Positions 40,516 to 50,316 of a stretch of 64,000 bases of DNA are shown here, piece after piece. Position 1 is the first letter of the stretch, and every line of letters begins with the position of its first letter. This stretch comes from an uncultured Spirochaetota bacterium. GTDB lineage: Bacteria; Spirochaetota; Brevinematia; Brevinematales; JAOACQ01. The notes under the pieces were generated by a model. The model was not told where the DNA came from and ran no database searches. It was given only the letters and a program-made list of their open reading frames with translations. The position numbers and the translations under genes were made by a program. The stretch covers positions 896,001 through 960,000 of the forward strand of contig CAVYGN010000001.1 of assembly GCA_963768055.1 (NCBI GenBank), in the 5' to 3' direction.

Positions 40516-41661
40516 TTACAGGCTCTCATCTATCATATTGTCAATTTCCTGATGCATGGGCTTGTTTACCTGCCAGGCCGGATTCTGGCTGGAAATATTA
40601 AGCAATATACCGCAGGATATCGACATGAAAAACAAAGAAGAACCTCCATAGCTTATGAATGGAAGAGAAACGCCGGTAGGGGGAAAAATGCCGGCCGCTA
40701 TGCCCATGTTCATAAAAGCATGTATAACAACAAGCATTGTAATACCATAGGCGAGAAGCTGTCCGAATTTGTCCCGGCAATTTCTCGCGATGAGAGTACC
40801 TTTTATGAAAAATACCAGATACAGCAGTCCGATCAAAAATGCGCCGATCACTCCGGTTTCTTCAGTTATTACAGAAAAAATGAAATCGGTATGGGGGGTT
40901 GGGAGTATACCCATTTTCTGAGTGCTGTTGCCCAGGCCGAGGCCGAAAAATCCCCCTTCCGCGAATGATTTTAACGATTGAATGATATGATAACCGCTTC
41001 CGTTCATATCCGACCATGGGTTTAAATATGATAATATCCTCATCTTCCTGTAGGAAACCTGAATAATGAATGTAATCAATACCGGCAGGCTCATTATTAT
41101 AATTGAAATGATATGCCTTATCGAAGCCCCGCCCGCCAAAAAAATTAGAAAGGAAACGATCAGCAAAAGGGCCGCAGTTGAAAAATTAGATTGAATGAGT
41201 ATGATAAAAAAGATAGAAGCGACAAGGAGGAGGGGGGGGAGCAGGCCGAATGTGAAGTTTTCAAGCTTTGCCTGTTTTTTTGTCAGAATATAGGCCAGGT
41301 ATATGATCACTGTGATTTTGGCCATCTCTGAAGGGTTAAATGAAAAAAACCTTAAATCGATCCATCTTCTGGCTCCCCCGCTTTCCCTTCCGATGCCGGG
41401 TATAAAGACTGCAAGCAGCAGGACTACCGTAATTAGTACAAGCGCCCTGACATATTTTTTAAGGTTATGATAATCGTATTTCGTGAAAAACAGGAGGCCG
41501 ATGAATGAGGGTATCGCCCAGAGTATCTGTTTTATTGAAAAATAATATGGATTTTGAGTATATTTTTGAGCTATATAATAACTTGAGCTGTATACGAAAA
41601 TAATACCGGTGAGGAATAAAATTACAATGATATAGAATAAGGTTTTATCGATTCTGTTCAT
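40516..41661 (-). CDS. ftsW: SEDS peptidoglycan polymerase FtsW
   Basis: GARRWI, NPSEMAK, GLGLGNSTQK, PHTDFIFS..EE.G, TGVSLPFISYGGSS. Confidence 0.92.
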   Translation of the reverse strand: MNRIDKTLFYIIVILFLTGIIFVYSSSYYIAQKYTQNPYYFSIKQILWAIPSFIGLLFFTKYDYHNLKKYVRALVLITVVLLLAVFIPGIGRESGGARRWIDLRFFSFNPSEMAKITVIIYLAYILTKKQAKLENFTFGLLPPLLLVASIFFIILIQSNFSTAALLLIVSFLIFLAGGASIRHIISIIIMSLPVLITFIIQVSYRKMRILSYLNPWSDMNGSGYHIIQSLKSFAEGGFFGLGLGNSTQKMGILPTPHTDFIFSVITEETGVIGAFLIGLLYLVFFIKGTLIARNCRDKFGQLLAYGITMLVVIHAFMNMGIAAGIFPPTGVSLPFISYGGSSLFFMSISCGILLNISSQNPAWQVNKPMHQEIDNMIDESL

Positions 41662-41673
41662 TTAAATTACCGG

Positions 41674-44403
41674 TCAGATATTGGATATCATTTTTTGCCT
41701 GAACTCTTCAGTGAATCTCTGCAGGGTCGTCCTTTTTACCAGTTCGTTGTCGAGGGCAGGTGAGTTTTTCCTGATATTCCTGTTCAACATATACTTGATG
41801 TTGTATTCGGCATTGTCATATATAACATTTATTTTATTGGCGTCGTCCTTTGCCTTGTAAAAATCCAGCAAAGCGTTCTGTTCAAAATCAGGGGCTTCGT
41901 CTTTGTATTTTTTTGCCATGGCTGCATAAGTAACCCCCCTGTTGTTATAACATCTCGCTAACTGGCTGTAGATCTCCTTATGCCTGTTCAAATCAGGATT
42001 TATATAACCTATCTTGTCAGCGATCGCCTGGTAATATTCGATGGCTTTATCGTACTCAATCTTAGCAAAACTGAAATTATTGGATTTAAAATATATATTA
42101 CCGAGATTGTAGGAGAGGATAGGATTATGCGGATCGTTTACATACAACCTTGAAAATTCGCTAAAAGCATCGGTATAATCGCCGTACTTATAGTAAAGCC
42201 ATCCGAGATTATATGAGAGCAGGTCGTCGGATTTGTCCTTTTCAAGAAGCAGGTTTGCTGTTTTGTAATAACCAAAAGCCCTCTCGAGGGCGTCGTCCGG
42301 ATTTTCGAAATTCAGCCTGTTATAAAAATAGATGTGGCCTAAGTTCGAATAGGGTTTATAATAATTCGGCGAGTAAAGGATCGAATTCTCAAATTGTTTT
42401 ATAGCCTGGACTATAGCGTTAGTATCTGCTTCGCCCTTATAGGCATAGTAAATTTCACCCAGAAGGTTAAAGGCTTTTCCATTACGGTTATTGAGGATTA
42501 TTGCGTTGGAGACCTCCTTCATAGCGTTATAATAATCGAGGTTAAGCGTAAGATATCTTCCATGCTCATAGTACGCCTCGTCATATGAAGGTTTAACCGG
42601 CATCATTTTTTCGAAAACCAGCTTCGCCCTATCCAATCTCCTGCTGTCAGTATAATGCCTGGCAAGGTCTGTGAGAGTATGAACGTTAACCGCCGCTTTA
42701 TTGAGATAGTCTATCCTGTTATAATAATTGTCTATGTTCACAGAGTTTGTGAACCTGAGGGCTATATCGAGAAGCCTGTAATAGCTGTCGATATGTCTCA
42801 AATGGGCCGGTTTTGAAACATAGTTTTCGTAAAGGCTGTTCGCGTTGGAATATTCCATGACGTCGCCGGTCCTGTCTCCCCATTCAATCTCAGTTAGGCC
42901 GATCTTATCCAGGTATTCAAAATTATCAGGCCATCTGTTTGTAAGCCTTCCGTATAATTTTATTGCGTCTTCAAATCTCGGGGGATAAAGGGCATTCTTA
43001 TAAAAATCCGCATAATTATAGATCGTTCCGATATGATAAGGATTATAACCGAGGGCATCTTCATATTTCTTTTTCGCCCTGTCGAATTGCCTCAAAGCGA
43101 TATAATTCGAAGCATAAGTACTGTTCCAGTTAAGATCGGGACCGCCTATCTTCGAGTTTTCGAGATTTTTACCGGCTTCAAACTCCTGTTCAGCGTGATC
43201 GTAATCCTGAACCTTGAAGTATGTCAAACCCCTTTTATAATGAAGGGAGGCTGTAAAAGGTATCCAGACGATCTGCCATATTGAAATAACGAAAGCAATA
43301 ATGAATATAATAAAGGTGAAAAAGTACCGGGTTGCTCCGGTGAATTCCCGCCGGAATTCTCTTGCCCGCTTAGCTTCATCCGTATAAATGACCCTTCTCC
43401 CGGCTGAAGGAGGCCTTTCCCTCCGTTCTTCTTTTCCTTTAACCAGGGAATCGGGCAGATAACCGTCAGCCAGGGCTTTGATCCTGGATTCACCCTCATC
43501 GTTAAGAAGCATCGTAATCATCTGCTTCAGGGAATCCTCGGGTATTTTTGATTCGAGAATTATCTGCCTGACTTTCTTTCTAAGCAAGGGGTCTGAGATC
43601 CTGTTGATCTTGTCCCTGATCTTTTGAGCATCCTCGTGGCCTAATTCAGACCGGGACGGCGTTACAGGAATTTCCTGTTTCGGTTCCGGGGCGCTCGGTT
43701 TAAATTCAGGCATAGGAATTTCAGGAGTGGTTTCTTCAGGAAGTTTAAATTCGGGAGCCGGTTCAGAAGGGGTTTCAGCATTAAAATCGGGAAATTCGAA
43801 TTCCTGGGAAGCTTCAGGCGTCCCCGGCACCTCAGGTATTTGAGGGACCTCCGGCATCTCCGGCACCTCCGCCGGCGTCGCCGGCATCGGGAATTCAGGC
43901 ATAGTGGCTTCCGGTTCTTCAGGCGGGGTAATGCCTGCCATCATATCGGAAATATCAGGCTGGGTAATTTCTTCACGGGCAAGTTCTTCCGCCGCAGGAA
44001 TTTCCATAAATTGAGGTTCAAGAATGGAAGGCCCTTCGCCGGCCCCGGCGGTTTCCTCCCCACCGGTTCTTTCAACCGGCGCAGCGGGCGAGGGTTCAGC
44101 GACTATTGCCTCTTCACCGGACTCCAAATTATTTTGAATATCTTCTATATTCGGCGGGGCTGTATCAAGGTCTTCAAGTTCTCTTAAAAGATCGGCGTCT
44201 ATTTCCTCCGTCTTCGGCGTCGAACCGGCTCCCCCGCTGTCTTTGATAAGTTTTTCGACATTTTCCATATTCTGAATGGGAACGTTCGAAAGATCGTCAA
44301 GATTTCCCCGGGACTCTTCCGATTCAATTCCCTTCAATATCTGGTCGGAGGAATAAGAATCTTCCTTACCAAGGTATTTTATTATATTATCATATTTAGC
44401 CAT
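41674..44403 (-). CDS. flcA: FlcA-like periplasmic flagellar collar / TPR protein
   Basis: Acidic Pro/Glu-rich N-terminal region, single TM (FFTFIIFIIAFVISIWQIVW), long TPR array; architecture of spirochete FlcA. Confidence 0.6.
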   Translation of the reverse strand: MAKYDNIIKYLGKEDSYSSDQILKGIESEESRGNLDDLSNVPIQNMENVEKLIKDSGGAGSTPKTEEIDADLLRELEDLDTAPPNIEDIQNNLESGEEAIVAEPSPAAPVERTGGEETAGAGEGPSILEPQFMEIPAAEELAREEITQPDISDMMAGITPPEEPEATMPEFPMPATPAEVPEMPEVPQIPEVPGTPEASQEFEFPDFNAETPSEPAPEFKLPEETTPEIPMPEFKPSAPEPKQEIPVTPSRSELGHEDAQKIRDKINRISDPLLRKKVRQIILESKIPEDSLKQMITMLLNDEGESRIKALADGYLPDSLVKGKEERRERPPSAGRRVIYTDEAKRAREFRREFTGATRYFFTFIIFIIAFVISIWQIVWIPFTASLHYKRGLTYFKVQDYDHAEQEFEAGKNLENSKIGGPDLNWNSTYASNYIALRQFDRAKKKYEDALGYNPYHIGTIYNYADFYKNALYPPRFEDAIKLYGRLTNRWPDNFEYLDKIGLTEIEWGDRTGDVMEYSNANSLYENYVSKPAHLRHIDSYYRLLDIALRFTNSVNIDNYYNRIDYLNKAAVNVHTLTDLARHYTDSRRLDRAKLVFEKMMPVKPSYDEAYYEHGRYLTLNLDYYNAMKEVSNAIILNNRNGKAFNLLGEIYYAYKGEADTNAIVQAIKQFENSILYSPNYYKPYSNLGHIYFYNRLNFENPDDALERAFGYYKTANLLLEKDKSDDLLSYNLGWLYYKYGDYTDAFSEFSRLYVNDPHNPILSYNLGNIYFKSNNFSFAKIEYDKAIEYYQAIADKIGYINPDLNRHKEIYSQLARCYNNRGVTYAAMAKKYKDEAPDFEQNALLDFYKAKDDANKINVIYDNAEYNIKYMLNRNIRKNSPALDNELVKRTTLQRFTEEFRQKMISNI

Positions 44404-44435
44404 CAGGCTTTCCTCTCAATTGCAGTACCTTGAAA

Positions 44436-44463
44436 ATATCGGTAATAACTAAATATTTATTAA
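44436..44463 (-). promoter_or_regulatory. possible sigma28 (FliA) promoter for flcA-ftsW
   Basis: TAAT-N15-ACCGATAT versus consensus TAAA-N15-GCCGATAA. Confidence 0.4.
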
Positions 44464-44479
44464 CGTGCAATCTTTAGGG

Positions 44480-44500
44480 TACTTCATAAATTATGAAGTA
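44480..44500. promoter_or_regulatory. perfect palindrome, candidate operator
   Basis: TACTTCATAA-A-TTATGAAGTA between divergent flcA and argF. Confidence 0.4.
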
Positions 44501-44567
44501 AAAAGGAATAATTTTCAAGCTTCCACAGGTACTTCACCGCAAAGTTAATCTTTCCGGTCAAACTAAC

Positions 44568-44596
44568 TTGCAATCCGACTAAAATGAATTTAAAAT
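44568..44596 (+). promoter_or_regulatory. sigma70-type promoter for argF
   Basis: TTGCAA-17-TAAAAT. Confidence 0.55.
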
Positions 44597-44640
44597 AATC
44601 TCTCTATAATTTCCGGGTATATAATGCGAGAGGTTTTTAG

Positions 44641-45564
44641 ATGCTTGAAGGAAAAAAGGATTTTCTTGACACTGATGATTTCTCTAAAGAAACTTTACTG
44701 AATTTGATTTCCCTGTCTATGGATATTAAAAAAAATAAAAACAATTACAGTTCGGCACTCAAAGAAAAAAAACTGGGAATGATATTTGAAAAATCCTCAA
44801 CCCGCACCAGGGTATCGTTCGAGGCGGGAATTTACGAACTGGGCGGAATGGGAATATTTTTAAGCTCAAGGGATATTCAGATCGGCAGGGGAGAACCGAT
44901 AGAAGATACGGCAAAAGTCCTTTCGCGTTATCTTGACGCGATAATGATAAGGACGTTCTCCCAGGATAACGCCCGGATACTGGCCCGGAATGCGGCTATA
45001 CCCGTCATCAACGGGCTGACCGATCTCCTTCATCCCTGCCAGGCTATGGCCGATTTTCAAACTATATTCGAAAGAAAGGGCGTTCTAAAAGGCCTAAAGA
45101 TCTGTTTTATAGGCGACGGCAACAATGTTGCGAATTCGCTCGGCCTTCTGGCAAGTAAACTTGGGAACGATTTTTTAATTGCTTCCCCGAAAAAACATGA
45201 AATGGACAGGGCTATCGCCTCCCGTATATTATCCAATGCGAAGATTTCCAGCTGTAAGATTTTATTTACAAACGACCCTTCCGAAGCGGCAAAAGCGGCG
45301 GACGTTGTCTATACCGACGTCTGGGTATCTATGGGAAAAGAGGGCACAGCCGGTAAAAAAAACAAGGATTTCAAGGGTTTCCAGGTAGATTCATCAATAG
45401 TCAAATCTGCGGCCCCGGATTACATTTTTATGCATTGCCTCCCGGCTCACAGGGGCGAGGAAGTTGCGGCTGAAATTATTGACGGCGAACATTCAGTAGT
45501 TTTTCAAGAAGCTGAAAACCGCCTTCATTCACAGAAAGCTATCATGCTGGAAATAATGAGGTAA
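44641..45564 (+). CDS. argF: ornithine carbamoyltransferase
   Basis: SSTRTRVSF, HPCQ, TDVWVSMG, MHCLP, QEAENRLH. Confidence 0.97.
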   Translation: MLEGKKDFLDTDDFSKETLLNLISLSMDIKKNKNNYSSALKEKKLGMIFEKSSTRTRVSFEAGIYELGGMGIFLSSRDIQIGRGEPIEDTAKVLSRYLDAIMIRTFSQDNARILARNAAIPVINGLTDLLHPCQAMADFQTIFERKGVLKGLKICFIGDGNNVANSLGLLASKLGNDFLIASPKKHEMDRAIASRILSNAKISSCKILFTNDPSEAAKAADVVYTDVWVSMGKEGTAGKKNKDFKGFQVDSSIVKSAAPDYIFMHCLPAHRGEEVAAEIIDGEHSVVFQEAENRLHSQKAIMLEIMR

Positions 45565-45567
45565 AAA

Positions 45568-46923
45568 ATGCCAAAGGTATGGCAAAAGGACGGCCTTAGA
45601 GGGATGAATCCCCACGTCGAGAAATATGAGGTTGGAATGGATTATATTTACGACGGCAGGCTATTTTTTTATGAATTGTCTTCAAGCATGGCGCATTCTA
45701 TGATGCTTGAGAAAATCGGGGTCTTATCGGAAAAAGAGTATATTGCTATCAGGAATGAGATCAAATCGCTTTTTAAAAAGTATGGAAAAACCGTTTCTCT
45801 TGAGATAGGGGACGAGGATATCCATTCTAAACTTGAGAATTTGCTTATAGGCGCGATCGGAGAGGCCGGGAAAAAACTCCATACCGGAAGAAGCCGGAAC
45901 GACCAGATATTGTCGGTGTTGCGCCTTTATGAAAAGGATATGCTTCTCGATACGGCTCTGGCCTATATAGACTGCCTGGGCGAACTTGCAGCGCTTTCGG
46001 ACAGGGAGGGAGAAAAAATATTGCCGGGTTATACTCATACAAAACAGGCAATGATCATGAATGTAAAATTTTGGGCGTCCTCTTTTATAGATACCGGGCT
46101 TGACAATATTAAAATGATAAAGGCCGTCTATGATATTATAGACGCAAATCCCCTCGGGAGCGGAAGCGGTTTCGGAATTCCCCTTCCCCTGGACAGAGAC
46201 ATGACAGCAAGCCTGTTAGGCTTTCCGCGCGTTCAGGAAAACGCATTAGCCGTACAGAACTCAAGGGGAAAGTTCGAAGCGTTTGTGATCGACACATTAT
46301 GGGCGATCATGTTCGATTTTTCAAGGCTTGCTTCGGATCTTATCCTTTTTAATATGGATGAATTGAATTATTTGACTGCCGATCCCTCCATAACAACAGG
46401 AAGTTCCATTATGCCGCAGAAAAGGAATATGGACGTTATGGAACTGGTAAGAGCAAGAACGCTTACCATGCTGTCGTATTCAACAGCCGTCAAAAGTATA
46501 TCTGGAGGGCTTATCTCAGGGTATAACAAGGACATTCAGGAGACAAAAGAGCCCCTTATTAAATCATTCGACCTGATAATCGACACCATCTCGGCCGTTA
46601 AAGCCGTCATTCAAAATATTAAGTTCGACGAAGCCGCCGTTAAGGCCAGGCTTTCTAAAGGGATTGTCGCGACGGACCTTGCTTTTAAAAAACTTGGAGA
46701 CGGTTTGACTTTCCGGGACGCTTACAGGGCCGCCGCGAAGATGATAAACGAAATAGAAATCAATGATAAAATCATAAATAAAAGCATAAAAGACAGGGTG
46801 TCGAAAGGCTCCCCGAATGCTCTGGATCTGCAGGCGTACAAAAAGGTTCTCGATAATGAAAAAAAATATTTTACCCTGGCCGCGAAAGAGTTTAAGGACA
46901 GGCTTATAAAGCTGATAGATTAA
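45568..46923 (+). CDS. argH: argininosuccinate lyase
   Basis: EDIH, HTGRSRNDQ, PGYTH, GSSIMPQKRN; follows argF. Confidence 0.93.
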   Translation: MPKVWQKDGLRGMNPHVEKYEVGMDYIYDGRLFFYELSSSMAHSMMLEKIGVLSEKEYIAIRNEIKSLFKKYGKTVSLEIGDEDIHSKLENLLIGAIGEAGKKLHTGRSRNDQILSVLRLYEKDMLLDTALAYIDCLGELAALSDREGEKILPGYTHTKQAMIMNVKFWASSFIDTGLDNIKMIKAVYDIIDANPLGSGSGFGIPLPLDRDMTASLLGFPRVQENALAVQNSRGKFEAFVIDTLWAIMFDFSRLASDLILFNMDELNYLTADPSITTGSSIMPQKRNMDVMELVRARTLTMLSYSTAVKSISGGLISGYNKDIQETKEPLIKSFDLIIDTISAVKAVIQNIKFDEAAVKARLSKGIVATDLAFKKLGDGLTFRDAYRAAAKMINEIEINDKIINKSIKDRVSKGSPNALDLQAYKKVLDNEKKYFTLAAKEFKDRLIKLID

Positions 46924-46937
46924 GAGGGTAAGAGGAA

Positions 46938-47798
46938 ATGCTCGAAAAAGTGCTTTTCCCTGTTATTATGACCGACCTTACCGAACAGATGGTCGAATGT
47001 CTTGGCGGTATCGTACAGAACGGCGTCCGCGAGGTAATGCTTTTCCATGTTCAAAGCGTGTCTGAAATAGCGGCAGGGAATATAAACAGCCAGTATGATG
47101 AAAAGATGCTCGAGAGATGGAAGAATATTCTCTCGGAAGCCGGCGTTCATGCCCGGTATAAAATCGTAACCGGGGTTCCCTGGATAGAAATTGTAGATCT
47201 GATTGAAAAGGGGAATTTTTCTTTTACCTTCATGGGCTCTCATGGAAATTCATTCCTGGACAGGGTTTTTCTGGGAAGCGTAACTGAGAACGTAATACAT
47301 CATTCCACCAAACCCGTGCTGATCTATAAAATCCTTAAAATAGGTTCTAAGCCGCCGCCGTTTTGCAGGAATATATTCGGAAAGATACTATACGCTACGG
47401 ACTTTTCAGAAACGTCGAAAAAATGTATAGGCTACATAGAAAATATGATAACCGGGGAGACCCAGGGGCTTACTATTCTTCATGTCCAGGATATGAGAAA
47501 TTTGAAGCATGTCGGGCCGGATAAACTTGAAGAATTTAACAGGATAGATCTTGAAAGGCTGGAACAACTCAGGAAGCATTTTGAAGACAGGGGAGTGAAG
47601 AGGGTTATGTCTCTTCTGACAAGCGGATATTCAATACCGGAAATCCTCAACTATGCCCGGTCCGAGGAAGCGACGATAATAGTACTGGGCAGAAAGGGTA
47701 AAAGCAATTTAAAGGAAATGCTTCTTGGAGGCGTCGCACAAACAATAATCCACAAATCGTCGGTTCCCGTTTTTCTTGTCGAGGAAAACAGCCGTTGA
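46938..47798 (+). CDS. tandem-domain universal stress protein
   Basis: MGSHG...FLGSVTENV and LGRKGK...LLGGVAQTI. Confidence 0.92.
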   Translation: MLEKVLFPVIMTDLTEQMVECLGGIVQNGVREVMLFHVQSVSEIAAGNINSQYDEKMLERWKNILSEAGVHARYKIVTGVPWIEIVDLIEKGNFSFTFMGSHGNSFLDRVFLGSVTENVIHHSTKPVLIYKILKIGSKPPPFCRNIFGKILYATDFSETSKKCIGYIENMITGETQGLTILHVQDMRNLKHVGPDKLEEFNRIDLERLEQLRKHFEDRGVKRVMSLLTSGYSIPEILNYARSEEATIIVLGRKGKSNLKEMLLGGVAQTIIHKSSVPVFLVEENSR

Positions 47799-48659
47799 TT
47801 ATAATCCCTGCATCCGTATTTCTTTATGAAACAGTTCCATAAGCCTCCTTGTTTCCATTCCCGGCTTGCCGTTTCCGATCACACGGCCGTCGATTTTAAT
47901 AACAGGGACTATTTCGGCGGCGGTGCCTGTTAAAAAACATTCTCCGGCGTTATACAGGTCGTATTGGGTCAAAGGCCCGTCACCCGTCTTTAATCCATTT
48001 TTACCTGCGAGTTCAAGTATAACATTCCTTGTAATGCCTTCCAGGGCGTTATCAGTAGTGCCGGGAGTCTTAAGCATGCCCCCTGAAATTATAAAAATAT
48101 TATCGCCTGTGCATTCGGCAACGAAACCGTTATTATTGAGCAGGATAGCCTCCATGCATCCGGCATTTGCAGCTTCAATTTTCGCGAGGGCATTATTCAG
48201 ATAATTCAATGATTTGATCCTTACATCGAAGGAATCCTGGCCGATCCTTCGCAGGGAAGAGGTTATAATCGAGATCCCGTTTTCATAATACTCCTTCGGA
48301 TAAATACTGATTTCATCGACTATTATAACTATGGTAGGTTCCCTGCAGCTGAAAGGATTGACGCCCAGGTCTCCTATGCCTCTTGATACGACAAGACGAA
48401 TATAGGCGTCTTCCCTCCGGTTTTCTTTAAAGACCCCGATAACGGTTTTTTCCATCCCGGCCGGGTCCATTTTAATATCGAGCATGATAGCCTTCGCGCT
48501 TTTATAGAGCCTTTCGATATGCTCCCTCAGTTTGAATATCCTGCCGGAATAAGCCCTTATACCCTCGAATACCCCGTCACCGTATAGAAATCCATGATCG
48601 AAAACTGAAATTTTAGCATCGTTCCTTTCATAATATTTTCCATCGATATAAATCTTCAC
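47799..48659 (-). CDS. ilvE: branched-chain amino acid aminotransferase
   Basis: DHGFLYGDGVFEG, KSLNYLNN, ECTGDN, LEGITR, TGTAAE; GTG start after GGAGG. Confidence 0.93.
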   Translation of the reverse strand: MKIYIDGKYYERNDAKISVFDHGFLYGDGVFEGIRAYSGRIFKLREHIERLYKSAKAIMLDIKMDPAGMEKTVIGVFKENRREDAYIRLVVSRGIGDLGVNPFSCREPTIVIIVDEISIYPKEYYENGISIITSSLRRIGQDSFDVRIKSLNYLNNALAKIEAANAGCMEAILLNNNGFVAECTGDNIFIISGGMLKTPGTTDNALEGITRNVILELAGKNGLKTGDGPLTQYDLYNAGECFLTGTAAEIVPVIKIDGRVIGNGKPGMETRRLMELFHKEIRMQGL

Positions 48660-48803
48660 TTTAAAAAACCTCCTCTTTACCCTCAAAGATTATATCATAA
48701 TTGTAAGAAGATTTCACATATACATTCAAACATTGTTCTATTGATGTTTAAACGCATTCCAGCCGATATATTATGATGGGAAATTATTGGCAGGAGTATA
48801 ATT

Positions 48804-49271
48804 GTGATTGAAGAAAATATGATTTACATGCTCGCGAAGCCGAAATTATTAAGCGACTTGACTAAAGATGAGATCGAATACATTGCAGGATTAATGGAAA
48901 CCAGGAATTATAGCGAAAACGAGGATATTTTCCAGGAAGGCGGCGACGGGAACGAATTCTACATAATCCTCTCAGGCAGCGTCTGGGTCAGAAAGAAAGA
49001 TTCGCTGGGTAAAGAACACCAGCTGACAGTCATCAGCTGCGGCGAATGTTTCGGAGAGATGGCCCTTATAGATGAAATGCCGCGTTCGGCAAGCGTCAGG
49101 GCGCTGGAAAAGACAAGAGCCGCCGTATTGACAAGATCGGCCTTTCTCAAAATGAAAAAGGAAAAATTGCCGGTCTATTGCCATATTCTTGAAAATATCG
49201 CTCTTGAATTCAGCGGGCGTATGAGAATGATGGACCTGAAATATATCAAGCTGGTAAACCTGGTTTTCTGA
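48804..49271 (+). CDS. stand-alone cyclic nucleotide-binding domain protein
   Basis: IFQEGGDG, YIILSGSV, FGEMALIDEMPRSASVRA; no HTH. Confidence 0.9.
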   Translation: MIEENMIYMLAKPKLLSDLTKDEIEYIAGLMETRNYSENEDIFQEGGDGNEFYIILSGSVWVRKKDSLGKEHQLTVISCGECFGEMALIDEMPRSASVRALEKTRAAVLTRSAFLKMKKEKLPVYCHILENIALEFSGRMRMMDLKYIKLVNLVF

Positions 49272-49273
49272 TC

Positions 49274-50242
49274 TCAAGAATCGGATACTTCGAGGACTCC
49301 CAGACTTCTGAATCTGTCGTAACGCTTCTGCAGAAGCCTGTTGACTGGGATCTTCTTCGATTCATGATAATGGCGGAGCACTGCTTCTTTAACCCTTTTT
49401 ATCATTTCCTGGTGGTCCCTGTGAGCGCCCCCTCTCGGTTCCGGAATTATTTCCTCGATAACATTGAATTTATATAAGTCTTTCGATGTGAATTTCAAAA
49501 CCTTGGCCGCGAGTTCCGTCTTTGTCGCGTCCCTGTATAAAATACTCGCGCAGCCCTCCGGTGTTATAACAGAATAAATCGCGTTCTCAAGCATCAGGAC
49601 CCTGTCCGCTACCGCTATCGCAAGGGCTCCGCCGCTGCCGCCCTCCCCGATTATAGTAGTGACTATAGGGACTTTAAGCGCCGACATTTCATAAAGATTT
49701 CTGGCAATGGCCTCGGCCTGCCCCCTTTCCTCGCTCTCGATTCCGCAGAATGCACCGTTAGTATCGACGAAAGTAAGCACCGGAAGATTGTATTTTTCGG
49801 CTATTTTCATGATCCTTAAAGCCTTCCTGTATCCTTCGGGGTTCGACATTCCAAAATTCCGGTAGATCCTCTCCTTCGTATCTTTACCCTTCTCCTGGCC
49901 AATTATCATGAATTTTTCCTCGCCGATTTTCGCAAAACCGGCAACGATGGCATGGTCGTCCCTGAAAAGCCTGTCCCCATGCAGTTCAATAAATTCATCG
50001 AAAATACCCTTCAGATAATCCAGGAAAAGCGGCCTTTTTGGATGCCGGGCGACCTGTACGATCTGCCAGGCCGTCAGATTTTTGTAGATCGTTTCCATTA
50101 TAAAGTCCTTTTGTTTTTCCAGTTCTGATATTTCGATTGAAAAGTCCATATTTTTATCGGGATTGTTCGACTTTTTCAAATCCTCTATGTTTTTATCAAT
50201 TTCCTGGACGGGACTTTCAAATTCCAAATAAATGTCAGCCAT
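49274..50242 (-). CDS. accA: acetyl-CoA carboxylase carboxyltransferase alpha
   Basis: ARHPKRP, ELHGDR, PEGYRKA, GEGGSGGA, YSVITPEGCA; start MADIYLEFE. Confidence 0.96.
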   Translation of the reverse strand: MADIYLEFESPVQEIDKNIEDLKKSNNPDKNMDFSIEISELEKQKDFIMETIYKNLTAWQIVQVARHPKRPLFLDYLKGIFDEFIELHGDRLFRDDHAIVAGFAKIGEEKFMIIGQEKGKDTKERIYRNFGMSNPEGYRKALRIMKIAEKYNLPVLTFVDTNGAFCGIESEERGQAEAIARNLYEMSALKVPIVTTIIGEGGSGGALAIAVADRVLMLENAIYSVITPEGCASILYRDATKTELAAKVLKFTSKDLYKFNVIEEIIPEPRGGAHRDHQEMIKRVKEAVLRHYHESKKIPVNRLLQKRYDRFRSLGVLEVSDS

Positions 50243-50282
50243 TATTTCCCTCTGCTTTTTGATTAATTGCCTAAAAATGCGA

Positions 50283-50308
50283 TCGAGCACCTGCACGCAG
50301 GTGCTCGA
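50283..50308 (-). terminator. hairpin downstream of EF-G-like gene
   Basis: TCGAGCACCTGC-AC-GCAGGTGCTCGA followed on the minus strand by TCGCATTTTT. Confidence 0.6.
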
Positions 50309-50316
50309 ATGATAAA

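Noticed and set aside
43700..44100. GC-rich short repeats inside the FlcA-like gene
   Set aside because: They encode a Pro/Glu low-complexity linker and are not an independent element
44581..44600. ARG box before argF
   Set aside because: Only a half-site (AATGAAT) and no palindrome
48741..48770. sigma28 promoter (GCCGATAT) before the cNMP-binding gene
   Set aside because: Good -10 box, but TAAA is only 9 nt away rather than about 15
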